Shown one piece after another: positions 37,975 through 49,326 of a stretch of DNA of 64,000 nucleotides (positions within the stretch are counted from its first letter, which is position 1; the number at the start of each line of letters is the position of its first letter). Below the pieces are notes generated by a model. It was not told the origin of the DNA, searched no databases, and saw only the letters and a list, made by a program, of their open reading frames with translations. The translations under genes and the position numbers were made by a program. Source of the DNA: Schmidtea nova (taxonomy: Eukaryota). The stretch spans positions 196,540,001 through 196,604,000 of the forward strand of contig CM097882.1 in the NCBI GenBank assembly GCA_044892505.1, read 5' to 3'.

Positions 37975-40900
37975 ACACTAACTTGAACAAGAGGAACCGA
38001 CGATGAGCCACCACAAGTCGTTTCAACTGCCGTTTTGTACGTTTGCTCAGAAGTTTAGGACGGCGTGAACGTGGCTTGTTAACATGTGTCTGCTCTTGGC
38101 TTTACTTCCTCAGGAAGTAGTTAATAGTTCCTTTGGGATGACCAGTCAATGCACAAGTTTCACTCTGACTTTTCCCACAAAGGTAACATACGTAAATAAT
38201 GCCTCTGAAAGTCTGTATGCTCTCTCCGAGTAGCCATATTCTAAGAAAATGACAATTCTTCATTAACATGACTCATTGTTATCACTGTTGTGTGTCTTGT
38301 GTGAGTAGTCATATTCTGTGTGTGTCTGTGTGTGAGTGCGTGCGTGTGTACATGTGCGCATGCAGCATGCTGAAGGTGTTGGTGACCTTTGTTCCTATTG
38401 CAGTTCATATTTGAAATGTAGAAGTTCATTATAAACTGCAATATGTAAATAACTGCCTGACTTGAGACTTTTGGTATGTCGGGATATATTGTATTTAAAA
38501 ATTATAAGTTAAAAATGATTTTTATGTAAAATATAAATTATCTTTAAAACTCACTTTCCTGAACTTATAATAAAAATATAATAAATTAAAAAATAGCTTT
38601 ATGTAATAGCTTTATATGGACAAGTCTGTAACACGGGCAGCGAAAATGTGCATTCAATTGCATACTACTATTTATTAATTTATCTTCTGTATAATAATTT
38701 GCTAACTACTATAAATTATATAATTTATATCTATCATTTTTTGCTTCACGGACGTTAACAAATTGTTATATATGCATAGCTTTATAGAAAATTATTATAT
38801 TATATTAATATTATTATTTATTTATTATTATTATTATTTATTATTATTATTATTATTAGTGTCAATTTTATTATCGTTTCAAAAATTTTATTGATACAAT
38901 TTCTCAACTGAATAATACTGAAATGATGAGTAAAATGCTATGTGAATATAATACTTTACGGTTTTATGACTAATTAAGTATCTGCTAAGAATACCGTGAA
39001 ATATGAATATAAATTGACGTAAAAAATTATAATATGTAGTCTAACAAAAAATTAATTAATCATGGAAGATGATATAGTGACGAAAATCTTTAAAGCAGTA
39101 GATAAAAACAAGAATGGAGAAATTTCTCAAGACGAATTGAAAGAATATTTTAAGAAAACGAAAATGGCTGACTGTGACATTGAGAAACGAATAACTGATT
39201 GGATGTCAAAATTTGATACCGATTCAAACAAATCAATCAGCTATAGTGAAATGTGCAAGGTAGTTGGTATCCCAGAAAACCAAAATACAAAATCAATGTT
39301 CAAAAAATAATGTAATATTAGTTTTGATCTAAAACTCATTATTATCTTTTAGTAAAGTTTTAATAAATCTTTTATAGTAATTTTTATTTTATTTGTAATT
39401 TATTGCTCAATTTTATAATTGTCAAATTTAATTGAATTTGTAGAATAATTTTTTTAAAACAAAGGATATTGAAAATTTTTTATTAAATATGAAAATTTAT
39501 TAACTCTTATTTTTACTGTTGATCTTTTAGTTTAGATTTCACGATTATTCAATTTTTAAAGATAAGATCAAATTTGAGTAGCTTAAAATCCTAAGAAAAA
39601 GTTATTTTTTATGAAAAATCTGGGTGAGTGTTATGCACGTGGGATATATATGAAAAATTTTAAAAATAGAATCAAAATTAACACAGATATTCCTTAAACA
39701 TGTATTTAATTTTTAATGAATATCTTTTTTAGTTTCAATATGAAGAGAATCTAAAAAATAGACTAAAAGATTAATGGTAGCTAATCTTGCGTGATTTTTG
39801 CATTTATATTTTCTTCTACAGTTGATTCAAAATAGAGATTTCAATTATTTCATCGTCATTGCTCATAATTTTAAGGCAACTTGTTGTTACTAAAGACCAA
39901 GCTTCAACAATACACTCACAAATAACAGAAAATAATGTTTTCCGAATTTTACCAGCACTAATGAATGTATGCTAGTCTTCAATCCTCATATGACCTTTAT
40001 ATGTTCTTTATATGACCTTTAGAACTTTTATTAACCAATGTGTCCAAAAGCTTTATTTTTTTAGCAAGACTTTCTGGTAATGCAGCAACTTGAGAATATT
40101 TTGATGTGTTTGACTTTACCGAAGGAGTTTAGTAAAATGGAGCTGAATGAAAAATATTTATTTTATTGGTTTTGGCTAGATAAAGTTAAAACTTAGAAAT
40201 TAAATTTTAAAACATTTTTATTAACCTTTTCGCGCCGAAGACCGTATATTCCCGCGAAAGGAAAAACGTGACAAGTATTCGAAGACCGTATTTATCTGAT
40301 TTCATTATATTTAAGGGACGAATGTCGGACTCTTCCATTTTTTGTGTTAGATGTTTATTTGTGTTTATAGGCAAGTTTAAACTTGTCTGTTATTTAATTT
40401 GTCATGTATGAATCCGTCAGTAGTAGTTCTTACTTCATAGTGGGCGTGCATATACAGTGAGCCATGGCTAACTATATGAAACATACCCGTGTCACCCCTT
40501 CCTGTACCACCCTTACAAGTATACTAAAACCCAACCGACCAAAGCTGTCTACGACAACCCGACAAAAAAGAATCTACTTGGATTATATCGATTTTATATA
40601 TATTATATAGAGCTAAGTCAGAATGACTCAACAAGTTAAGAGAGTTAAGTAAAAATGACTTAACTTTATATATAAAGTTTTAGATAACTCAAGTAATTAT
40701 TATAGAAAAATAAAATCAATAAATATTAATGATATTTAATGAATTAAAATTAACAACTCGAATCAGGTAAAATTAACATTTCGACAATTAACAAAAACAA
40801 ATCAAGATGATGTCATTTCAAAATTGTGTATCACATACACCTACGAATAGTCTATTAACTCGTCCACAGTGTCGGCAGGTGACGGAGGTAAATGATCGGT

Positions 40901-43900
40901 TTGCTCTTGTTCTATGTATGACCGATACATCTGACTCGTATTCACATATGGATTCTCTATCACCTAAAAAATAACATAATAAAATTTTAATATAATATAT
41001 ACTTCGGTTTCTTTAATGTGTTCTTTATATAGTTTGCCAGTAAAATGGTGAATGATGATACGCCTATTAATTGCCTTTTGTATCTCAGGGCCAATGTTGT
41101 CGGGAAAGAAGTTTTCCAAAGTATTTATGCAGAATATTCTCGGTATGCATTTCGGTATTATGGCGACGGAATATTTTATATTAATACAGTTTTCAAATGC
41201 AAGATCGACAATACTTAAAAACTCTGACGAGTTAAGCTTGTTAAAATATAGGTCGTCAAAGACAATGCCATCGGATTTCGTGATGTCGCTAGAAACTCTT
41301 CCTAGCATCTGCATATGTTTGACATGTACCGGGCATTTAAAATGGCTTAGAGCAAAGTTGGTTTTGCCGATGCCAGTTTCACCAAGGAATATATGGCTAC
41401 GCATATCATGAACGTCAACTGCAGGCTCAACAAAATCCACAAAATTGGACATCGTAGGCTTACCGTACTCATTCAGCAAGCTCTCAACAATAACTTTTCG
41501 TTTAGTTAAATAATGGAAAGGTTCTTTTTCTTTAATATGCTGTAATGCCTCGGTGTTTGAGTTGAATTGCAAACAAGCTTTAAAATTATTTTCAAAAGTA
41601 CGCTTACTCTGCTCTCCATATACGATTGATATCCCATTGGGCCTCCTTGTCTCGAGTTTGGTGGCGTATTGGTATACCGATGCGCGCTCAGTAGCCGGAT
41701 GCCCTTTTTTTGTATTGGGCTCGGACAGCGCTGATTGTGTAATTTCTGCTAGTCTCGAGCATGCACTGCAGATGTTTGAAAACGTTATCGCCAACCTCTT
41801 CCTGCGCAACAAAGAACTTTGTAAGAGCAGCATCGTTCCATAGTGCGCGTAATTCGTCTTCATGCTGTTTGAAATATTGCATGCTGATATTGAATGACCA
41901 TATGTAGAATCGCTTTCTAAACACATTATCGTTCTTATGGTTTGTTGAATTTCCCATGGCGGCAGCAGAGTCGCGATTAATCGTTGCCACCATTGAGCTA
42001 GTTTCCAGGTCTCTATATCGTGCAATATTTGCCCGAACTTCATCGAATGAAGACGATGCAGTGCGCTGCGGAGACTGACGCATACCGTGCACCTGTCCTG
42101 ATGGCACATCGAAAGATGACGACTGTCCGGGTTGAATGCCATCTTCACCTCGTACGCGTTTACACCGGATCGGTGGATGGTCCCGCAAGTCGTTTATTAG
42201 TGTGTTTAGCAGCTAGATAAATGATGAGATATGGTACTATAAAAAATTAAATTACTTGTATTTCGTACCATCTTACATTTCTTTGTGCTCGGCTTATACA
42301 TGGTGCTTCTTCGTTATCGTCAATTGCAGTGATGAACTTTGAAACCTCAAAAACTGTCTGTCTTATAGGCATATTTAATAGCACAAAATAGCACAAAATA
42401 GCACAAAATAGCACAAAATAGTACAAATAGTACAAAATAGTACAAATAGTACAAAATAGTATAAATAGTATAAATAGTACAAAATAGCACAAAATAGTAC
42501 AAAATAGCACGTCACGAAAAGGTTAAAGTACATGTTATACAAAGAAAGTTGATTTAAAAATATACAGTTGCATGTTATACACAGGATTTTAGGGTACTCT
42601 GAAAAAAAACTTGTGAACTATAGTCTTTAAAATAAAATTATTAAAAATTTTTTTAATTTTACCTGATAATTCCTTCGTGACTTTCGATTTTCGCAATAAT
42701 TTTCATATGTTTACCCTTTTCTCCAAGAATAGCACGAATTTCATCAATAGCCGACCCACTTCTGATGAAGCTTGCAAACACCATGTCTAGCTAGATCAAT
42801 TTTATTTTATATTAATATAATGTTGTTATAACTTCTTGTTCTGCTGCAAATATTAAATCTTGTTTATCTTTCTCAGAAACAGCTGGTAAATCAACATTTT
42901 GACCTGGCATATTTATGCCTTTTTTAGAACCCAAAGTTCCTCCATTTTCGATTAAACATTTTATTTCATTTGCTCCTATAAAAATGTCGAAAATTAAATA
43001 ATCTTTTAACAATTTAAACCTAAAATTTCCATTTATCAAAATTAAAAATTTTAATAACAGAAAATATTACAAGATGGAAGTTTAACTTTAACATTTTCAA
43101 ACAGATCAACGGGGTATTAAAGAAGTCAAAAGATTTTAACGATAAACAGAATTTATTTTATTAAAAATTGAATTAATTCATTGAAAAATTATAATTTAGA
43201 GCGCATATATAGTTGGACCGTGCAACTATTTATAATGAAATAATTTGATATCGAAAAATTGCACTCACTTTGGGTTGAAGTTGGCTTGATAATAGACAAA
43301 ATAATAATTAACTGTTGTCAGTAATTGTTAATTGGCGACTCCCTGGAATAGATCGTTATCTGGCTGAGGTTTGCATTCTTTTATACAATCTGTAAATGAC
43401 AATTTCAACTATTGTGAAAAAAACAATTCTTCAGTTTTTTTTGAACTATTGACTCAATATTTCTTGCAGTTTTAAAATATCGAATATTGTCGACACATTC
43501 AAAAAAATATTCTTTTCTTGATAGCACAAAACATAAGAATTATTAAGAAATTTATTTATGGAAACTAAAGATTTTTTTCCGCTTTTAACCTTGCTAAGGC
43601 CATGTGGGGTAATTGTGTACCCCAGCATCATATTTTTTTGAAAATTTCTGTTAAATCTAGAAACTACCGCATTCACTCTTGAGTTATTCCAAGTGTGATC
43701 ATTTAATATCACTTTGCATCAATTTCATCACAAAAAAAAGAATCCTATTCGCATTTATTGGGATTATATGATAGTCTTAGAACCAACATGAAACAGTTTT
43801 ATCCGACTAGCACATTAAGATAAACTACCTATAGCTGCTTTTGGTACAAGTGATAGTTATTCACTCTGTACTCATAAACAAGATCGCAAATGTCGAAAAA

Positions 43901-45683
43901 TATTTAATAAATGTCCAGCATTTGTGTGTACAGAACATTCAACTAGCATTATAATATGTAAAACTTGTGATAAGTAATATGTTACTACATGTAAGAATAT
44001 AAGGTAATGTCCATTTTGTAAACACTTTTTTTCTGAAATATATTTGTATTTCATAGAAAATATTTTATTTTATACGTTAAAATTATGCGTTAAATCCTTT
44101 AAATTAGCAATAGAACAGTGAAAAAGTATTGGGGCACAAATTTACCTTAAATGGTCTTCCGTGTAAGAAATTCGTGCCGGCCTTGAGAAGGTTAAGCAAA
44201 CTCTTATTTAATTGCATTGACTAATTCAAATCAGATGGATAAATTTATGAAAGCAGTTTTTAATTATTAATATTAAAATGAGTCTAAGCTCCATCACTGT
44301 ACCATATGGCTGTTCTCTATTAAAAGAATGTTCACCCACGCGTGACCTATCACAAGATAGAATAGGCTTATTGTCATTCAGGGCAAAAATTATCCTCGTG
44401 TCAACTGATGAACGACGATATGTTAACAAAATTAAATAAATAATAAAGTGTCATTTACCAAGACATGTTTTCTTACTGCCACTCACCGTTGCATTCAGAT
44501 TGAGACCACTGGTAAAGAGCGCAATAATAATTTCCCGCCCGTGTAAATTATTTATTAAAGTCATGTCAATTTAATTCACAACTTTTATATAACGAACGTT
44601 TTCGTCAAAACCAGTTAAAAAGTTAAAAATAGAATTTTCTGAAAGAAAATGACGAGATTACCGTATTTTTTGTCGTATAAGTCGCTACTTTTTTTCGTTA
44701 AAAATACAAGTGCGACTAATATAAAGAAGCGACTTATATGATAATTTTTATTTTTTTTCTAACCAAACCAACAAATGTCCAGCCAAATTTCCAGAAGAAA
44801 TAACAAATAATGATTTTTTAGAAAAAATCGAAAAATTAGGTTGGTGTGACTAATACCCAGGAAAGTACGGTAAGTGTATTTCAGTCGTTTGAGAAAATCC
44901 CCATCTATAGCTGGTATATCAGTATTTTAAATTTGATATTGTACAAAATTCATTTATTCAACAGAATAACATTTTAATAAACCTATGCTTTTCACGACTA
45001 AACTAATTAGTCCGTCATCTATGTAAATTTTTTTATCCATTTTCGCTACTTTCATTATGTTAGTATAATCCACATATAAAGTATTTTCATCAGAATCTTC
45101 TTTATATTTTTCATCTGTTGTCAATGTTATGAAATTTCCCGATTTTAAAACTACTTCAGCAGTGCCACTCTAATCATTAATTAATTATTTAAATTCATAT
45201 TGGTAACTATTTACCCCTTTTATTAAACCTGTTCTAATTTCAGGGCCTTTTGTATCTAACGCAATTGAAACTGGGCGGTAAACATTCCCAAAAGACATAG
45301 TTACTTGACGAACAGTATCAATTGTTTCTTTATGATATTCATAACTTCCATGAGAAAAGTTCAGTCTAGCAATATTCATTCCTGCATTTATCATATTTTT
45401 AATCATTTCATGTGATTTTGAAGCAGGACCTATTTAATTCAAATGTTTAAGTGTTAAAATTATTATAAAGTTAATTATCCACCTAATGTACACACAATTC
45501 CTGTATTTCTGGCGTATGCAGGCTCACTGTAAACATCCAACAAGCACATGTGCTCCAATGTAGACCTGGCGGCTTCTATTTTAACTTGCTGCCGTTGAAC
45601 AAAATAACTAGTTTCTTGAAAATTTGAAGCTAAAATTATTTCATTAATTTTATTTACAGAATTTCAAAATTCTAACTAGTCAT
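20852..45683 (-). CDS. PK: Pyruvate kinase, 10 exons, 540 aa
   Basis: Exons 45683-45677, 45629-45483, 45429-45215, 45169-44983, 42975-42833, 42790-42663, 35920-35670, 32158-31939, 31893-31775, 21057-20852. All introns GT..AG and phases consistent (1623 nt). Motifs [69 protein letters not shown]. Confidence 0.95.
21720..22720 (+). mobile_element. pogo/Tigger (CENP-B-like) transposon remnant
   Basis: Degraded [21 protein letters not shown] (cf. LLLLDNAPGH..FLPPNTTSLIQPMDQ). Confidence 0.55.
23419..23840 (+). pseudogene. UGGT: UDP-glucose:glycoprotein glucosyltransferase N-terminal fragment with a frameshift near 23660
   Basis: Signal peptide, then [28 protein letters not shown]; next frame [25 protein letters not shown]. 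Similarity stops after about 140 codons. Confidence 0.75.
24084..24704 (+). pseudogene. PSMA6: 20S proteasome alpha-1 subunit (PSMA6-like) intronless pseudogene
   Basis: [42 protein letters not shown]. Premature TAA at 24480-24482 (MP*GC vs MRPLGC) and a divergent, truncated C-terminus. Confidence 0.85.
24802..25045. mobile_element. piggyBac-type MITE
   Basis: TIR CCTTCAGTC(G/T)GTGCA; TTAA on the right, TCAA on the left. Confidence 0.7.
26880..27240. repeat. Degenerate ~9-nt tandem repeat (GGAACATCG / GGACATCAG)
   Basis: Recurrent GG(A)ACAT motif giving PMF-like periodic ORFs. Confidence 0.5.
31090..31329. mobile_element. piggyBac-type MITE
   Basis: Perfect 12-nt TIR CCCTTTCTAAGG with TTAA at 31086-31089 and 31330-31333. 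Confidence 0.8.
31775..32158 (-). CDS. PK: Pyruvate kinase exons 8-9 (45-nt intron 31894-31938)
   Basis: [19 protein letters not shown]|[20 protein letters not shown]. Confidence 0.92.
32200..33110 (+). mobile_element. Tc1-like transposase remnant
   Basis: [34 protein letters not shown] motifs in broken frames. Confidence 0.75.
35670..35920 (-). CDS. PK: Pyruvate kinase exon 7
   Basis: [32 protein letters not shown]. Confidence 0.95.
36170..37915 (-). mobile_element. Unclassified GC-richer insertion with a broken coiled-coil ORF (~37169-36650); possible retroelement 5' remnant
   Basis: Composition shift; frameshifted [11 protein letters not shown]../[31 protein letters not shown]..; ends in a (TA)n tract. 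Confidence 0.3.
37917..37972. repeat. (TA)n microsatellite
   Basis: Direct observation. Confidence 0.95.
39062..39310 (+). CDS. Small two-EF-hand calcium-binding protein, nested antisense in PK intron 6
   Basis: EF loops [12 protein letters not shown] and [12 protein letters not shown]; intact 82-aa intronless ORF. Confidence 0.85.
   Translation: MEDDIVTKIFKAVDKNKNGEISQDELKEYFKKTKMADCDIEKRITDWMSKFDTDSNKSISYSEMCKVVGIPENQNTKSMFKK
40841..42372 (-). CDS. rep: CRESS-DNA-virus-like Rep (HUH endonuclease + SF3 helicase); 3 exons (42372-42256, 42212-41003, 40963-40841); one +1 frameshift at the A7 run 41705-41711; ~482 aa if corrected
   Basis: RCR motif I-like FYIWSFNI, motif II KHLQCML, motif III YQYATK. 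Walker A GETGIGKT, Walker B IVFDD, motif C IFCIN. Introns 42213-42255 (43 nt) and 40964-41002 (39 nt) are GT..AG and phase 0. Confidence 0.85.
42377..42510. repeat. 14-copy tandem array of (A)AAATAG(C/T)A(C/T)
   Basis: Counted directly; lies between the right TIR and the Rep ATG. Confidence 0.95.
42663..42975 (-). CDS. PK: Pyruvate kinase exons 5-6 (42-nt intron 42791-42832)
   Basis: [24 protein letters not shown]..|[20 protein letters not shown]. Confidence 0.92.
43480..44191 (+). mobile_element. piggyBac 3' remnant
   Basis: C-terminal [27 protein letters not shown]; right end CCTTGAGAAGG followed by TTAA. Confidence 0.6.
44661..44870. mobile_element. pogo/Tigger-type MITE
   Basis: TA-flanked CCGTATTTT..AAAGTACGG ends; subterminal CGTATAAGTCGC / GCGACTTATA. 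Confidence 0.55.
44983..45683 (-). CDS. PK: Pyruvate kinase exons 1-4
   Basis: 7-nt first coding exon ATGACTA; 47, 53 and 45-nt introns; [38 protein letters not shown]. Confidence 0.88.
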
Positions 45684-45899
45684 AATTTTCGATAATAAGC
45701 GAAAATTAGTAAATTTATTAAATCTTATCAATTATCAATATATATTAATTAAACAAGTAACATTTAAATAAGATAAATTAGAAAAACTAGACGAATTGTT
45801 TATTATGTAAATAGTGCTGGGTTATTAGGTCTATTGAATAGATAAAGTTTTCTTAATTTTAGATTCATTCGAGTCTAATTTAATCTTAGCATCCACATG

Positions 45900-46750
45900 A
45901 AAACTAATCACGCTTCATAAGTGTACCCTCAACTACTCTTTGACAGGTGCGTTGGAAATGGACATCGTGTAACGAGATATTAATGAACAGGTGAGCGCTC
46001 TGAATAGAACTACTCATTATGCTCTCTCTGAAAGTTCATATCGGTCGATAAAAGGACTCTGCTTTATTCATTTTCTTCGTCATGGGATGTTTCATCACTA
46101 TCCAGTTTTACTTTGTTTTCGAGGTATTTGATAACTATTAACCGCGGTCTTTTGAAAAATGTATACCACAATAACAATAAATTAAGACTATGGTACTATA
46201 ATTCACATTCATAACACGTTTACACTTAACATACGACCTTTAGATAAGGGTGATCACATTCAAGAGTTCCTGATCCGTTAACTCTAACCATAAACATTTG
46301 AGCTCGAAATTAAGCTTCCTTGATCTACTTTAATCTATGACTTTCCTTGATCTTGGCACTACTTTAGGTGTTGACACAATACTGGTAACCATGTGCACCG
46401 CTGGAAGTATCTCTGTCGAGGAATGTACTGTCTCATATCTGATGATCAGATGGATACCGTATCGCAATTTTTTTCGATAAACATATTATTGAAAGTTTCC
46501 TTGTGAGCTAATTTTGTAGCGAATAGGTCGGCTTATAAGACATCCTTCACTTGTTGGCATATTACGAGATTTTGTTGCAACGACTTCACAAATTGAGGTG
46601 GAAAGTTAAATTATTTTAACTCCAGGATTTCACTTTTCAATTAATTTTGAGTCTGATGCGCCCATTCGTCTCGTTGCTTGGAGTATTTGCACGGAGTATT
46701 GCCTTTCAATTTGATTCTGAGACATAATTCCTAGAAGAATGGACATAAAT
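45900..46750 (-). mobile_element. Possible DIRS-type retroelement pol remnant
   Basis: Broken frame containing PGVK and ADLFATKL (cf. HIPG..N..AD / IDLFAS); weak. Confidence 0.3.
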
Positions 46751-47330
46751 GAAGATTTAGAGTCGTCATGGGCAATTTATAATATATACAAAATCAAAAT
46801 TTAGGACAAAATTAAAGCTAAAATTTATTACTACTAAATCGAACATAATCAACTTTGAACTCCAAAATATGATTTAGTTTCGTTTTGAATTGAATAAATA
46901 AATTCCAAGTTTATTAGAAAATATTCCACAAGAATGAGAAATTGACTCAAAAAGAATCAGACCTGCGCAGTTTATAGTCCAGGAGTTAGAAATCGACGGA
47001 AAATCATCTGCTTTACCATTGGTTAGATTTTCAATAAGCGAATTTGTATTTATTGTGATCTGAAAGCATTCAATACTAGTATGAAAGATAGAAAATTAGA
47101 TTTAACAAACTTATTCAAATTGTCAGATAATTACACTGAATTTCGTAGTTGATATACTAAAATAAGTGAATCCATGAAAGTATAACGATATCAGTGAGAT
47201 TTTCCTAAATTCTAAAATTAGATTAATCAATAAATAATATATATGAGCTTACTTCATACACTAAAGGGCATAAATTAAGAGCCAGACAGGCAACAATTAA
47301 AGTATCTATAATAACAAATTATTTTATATA

Positions 47331-48400
47331 CACCGTATTTCAATAGCGTTTCTCATCTATAATAATCAGTAAACTTATAATATAGAAAAATACACACCTA
47401 CTTGTACCTTATCCATTGCTGTTTAACTGAATCGTATCATTTATTATGTCGTAGGCAAAGAAATAGAAAAATAAATTTCACAAACACAAAATATAGAAAT
47501 AAACAAATATAAACTTTCAGATGCGTTTTTTGCTTCATTTTATAATAACACAAAAAATTTTAATCATCAGAAAAATCATAAATTTAAATTAAATTTAAAA
47601 ATTTTTTAAATAAATCTGAGAAATCTACCTTGGTTTTTCGTGAAAAGGATGAAATATCATCGTAAGTAATGTAATTTAAGTTAGAATAAATTTATATTTT
47701 CCCAGAATTTTCATTCAAGAATTAACTTCCGAATTGGATGGTACAGGATATCATTTAATACATGATAATGCTTTGATTCATGGTGGAGCAATATCCAAAA
47801 ACAATTCCGTTGATAATCTACCACCATATAGCCCTTTTCTTAACCCCATTGAAAATGTATTTAGCAAAATCAAATGTAGTTTACGGAAGACTTTCTCACG
47901 ATCAAATGGCTTCTCAACAATGTCTTTCCAAGACAGATTTTGCTTGGTGAAAAATGCTCTTGAGGAGGAATTAAATAAGGATGACTAAAAAGATTAAGAA
48001 ATTTTTTTCATTCATATTTGCAAATTTTTTTCAAAATGTTTTCAAAAAATTGAAATCTTTTGAGATTAATGTATTTAATATATAAATTTTAGTTAAAAAT
48101 GTTTTTTTACGTACCTTTGATGTGAATAATTCCAAAAAAATCATAATAAATTAACTAAAAATCATTCAAAATTAAATTTAGTTAAATTTGTTTATAATAG
48201 ACAACCTTTTAAAGCTTTTAAAATGATCTCATGTCATTATGATATCAAAATAAAAGCCTTAATAGTTATTCTAATAAATAAAATTACGTGGAAGACATTT
48301 TAAAATGGCTAATCCAAAGAATATTTTAAAAATGAATAATAACCCTGTACGCATTTCACTCACGTGTATTATAGGTGAGAAACGCCATTGAAACACGGTG
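47331..48400 (+). mobile_element. IS630/Tc1-like internally deleted element
   Basis: ~34-nt TIRs CACCGT(A/G)TTTCAAT(A/G)GCGTTTCTCA(T/C)CTATAATA with TA flanks. ORF 47734-47988 has HDNALIH..LPPYSPFLNPIENVFSKIK. Confidence 0.88.
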
Positions 48401-49326
48401 TATAGAAAAAATATACATACCTACTGCAGATTATGGCAAAGAAAGAAAGCACAGTCATAAATTACGGGCCTATACTATAGAAAAGGAAAAAAATTAATTA
48501 GGTCAAAAAACACACTTACACAACACACAAAAAACCTATAATGAAAAGTACAAACACGTGGACATAATTTAAGTGACAGTGTTTATTTAAGAGATTTTAA
48601 AATTTTAAAAAATCATGATTTATGAAGATATTTCAGAAGCTTATTCTGAATCAACTCTGACATTTATCGGGGAAGATCAATGAGAAATGTAAATTTACAA
48701 TTATATTAAAAAATTTAATTAGAAATATTTTTAGAAATGCAGAAAATGAAGCTAAAATGCCTCAAATGGCCGAAACTGTAGAAAGAAAACATCGAAAAAC
48801 GTAAAACAAATTTGAATTTTTAATTTTTAACTTTATAGATATTCTGAACATGAAAGAACATTATTAATAAAAGTAATGAGACGGGGTGAAAATTATGAAG
48901 AATTCGGTAGGCAAATGGGATTTAAACCTAAAATTATTAAAGACATAGTGTCGAGGTAGAAAAAACTGACATTCTTACAGCAGGGAAAAGAGGCAGATAA
49001 CATGTTAGCCTAATAATTGAAGAAAATGGAATACAATGAATTGATTATGTGTACGACAATTATTGGATTACTTTGGAAGAAATGAAAAACTTCTTGGATA
49101 CAATTAGCTGCAATGTATACACAAAAATAATATCCAAATGCTTAAAAGATAAGCTGATAAAATTATAAAGACTTACTTTTTTTCTGTATTTCATAAATAT
49201 CTTTAAAATATCTAGATAAAATAAATTGGTATTTAACTTAAAATATTAAATAAATTTAAAATATGCTAAAAATGCTTAAATACATAGCTAAAAAATTATA
49301 TTTTAAAAAAATAAGTAGATAATAAA

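Larger units (their letters stand above)
40225..42522 (-). mobile_element. TTAA-flanked, piggyBac-ended element (2298 bp) carrying a CRESS-type Rep gene
   Basis: TTAA at 40221-40224 and 42523-42526. Termini CCTTTTCGCGCC / CCTTTTCGTGAC (10/12 inverted match). Subterminal GAAGACCGTAT x2 on the left; 14-copy 9-10-mer array on the right. Confidence 0.7.

Noticed and set aside
40505-40535. TAGTATAC (minus strand) as a degenerate origin within the Rep element
   Set aside because: One base short of the nonamer, and I see no convincing GC stem-loop around it. No origin is claimed.
41954-41963. Perfect Kozak GCCGCCATGG within Rep exon 2
   Set aside because: Could be an alternative or ancestral viral start, but it is also explained by Ala-Ala-Met codons in the spliced frame; not enough evidence.
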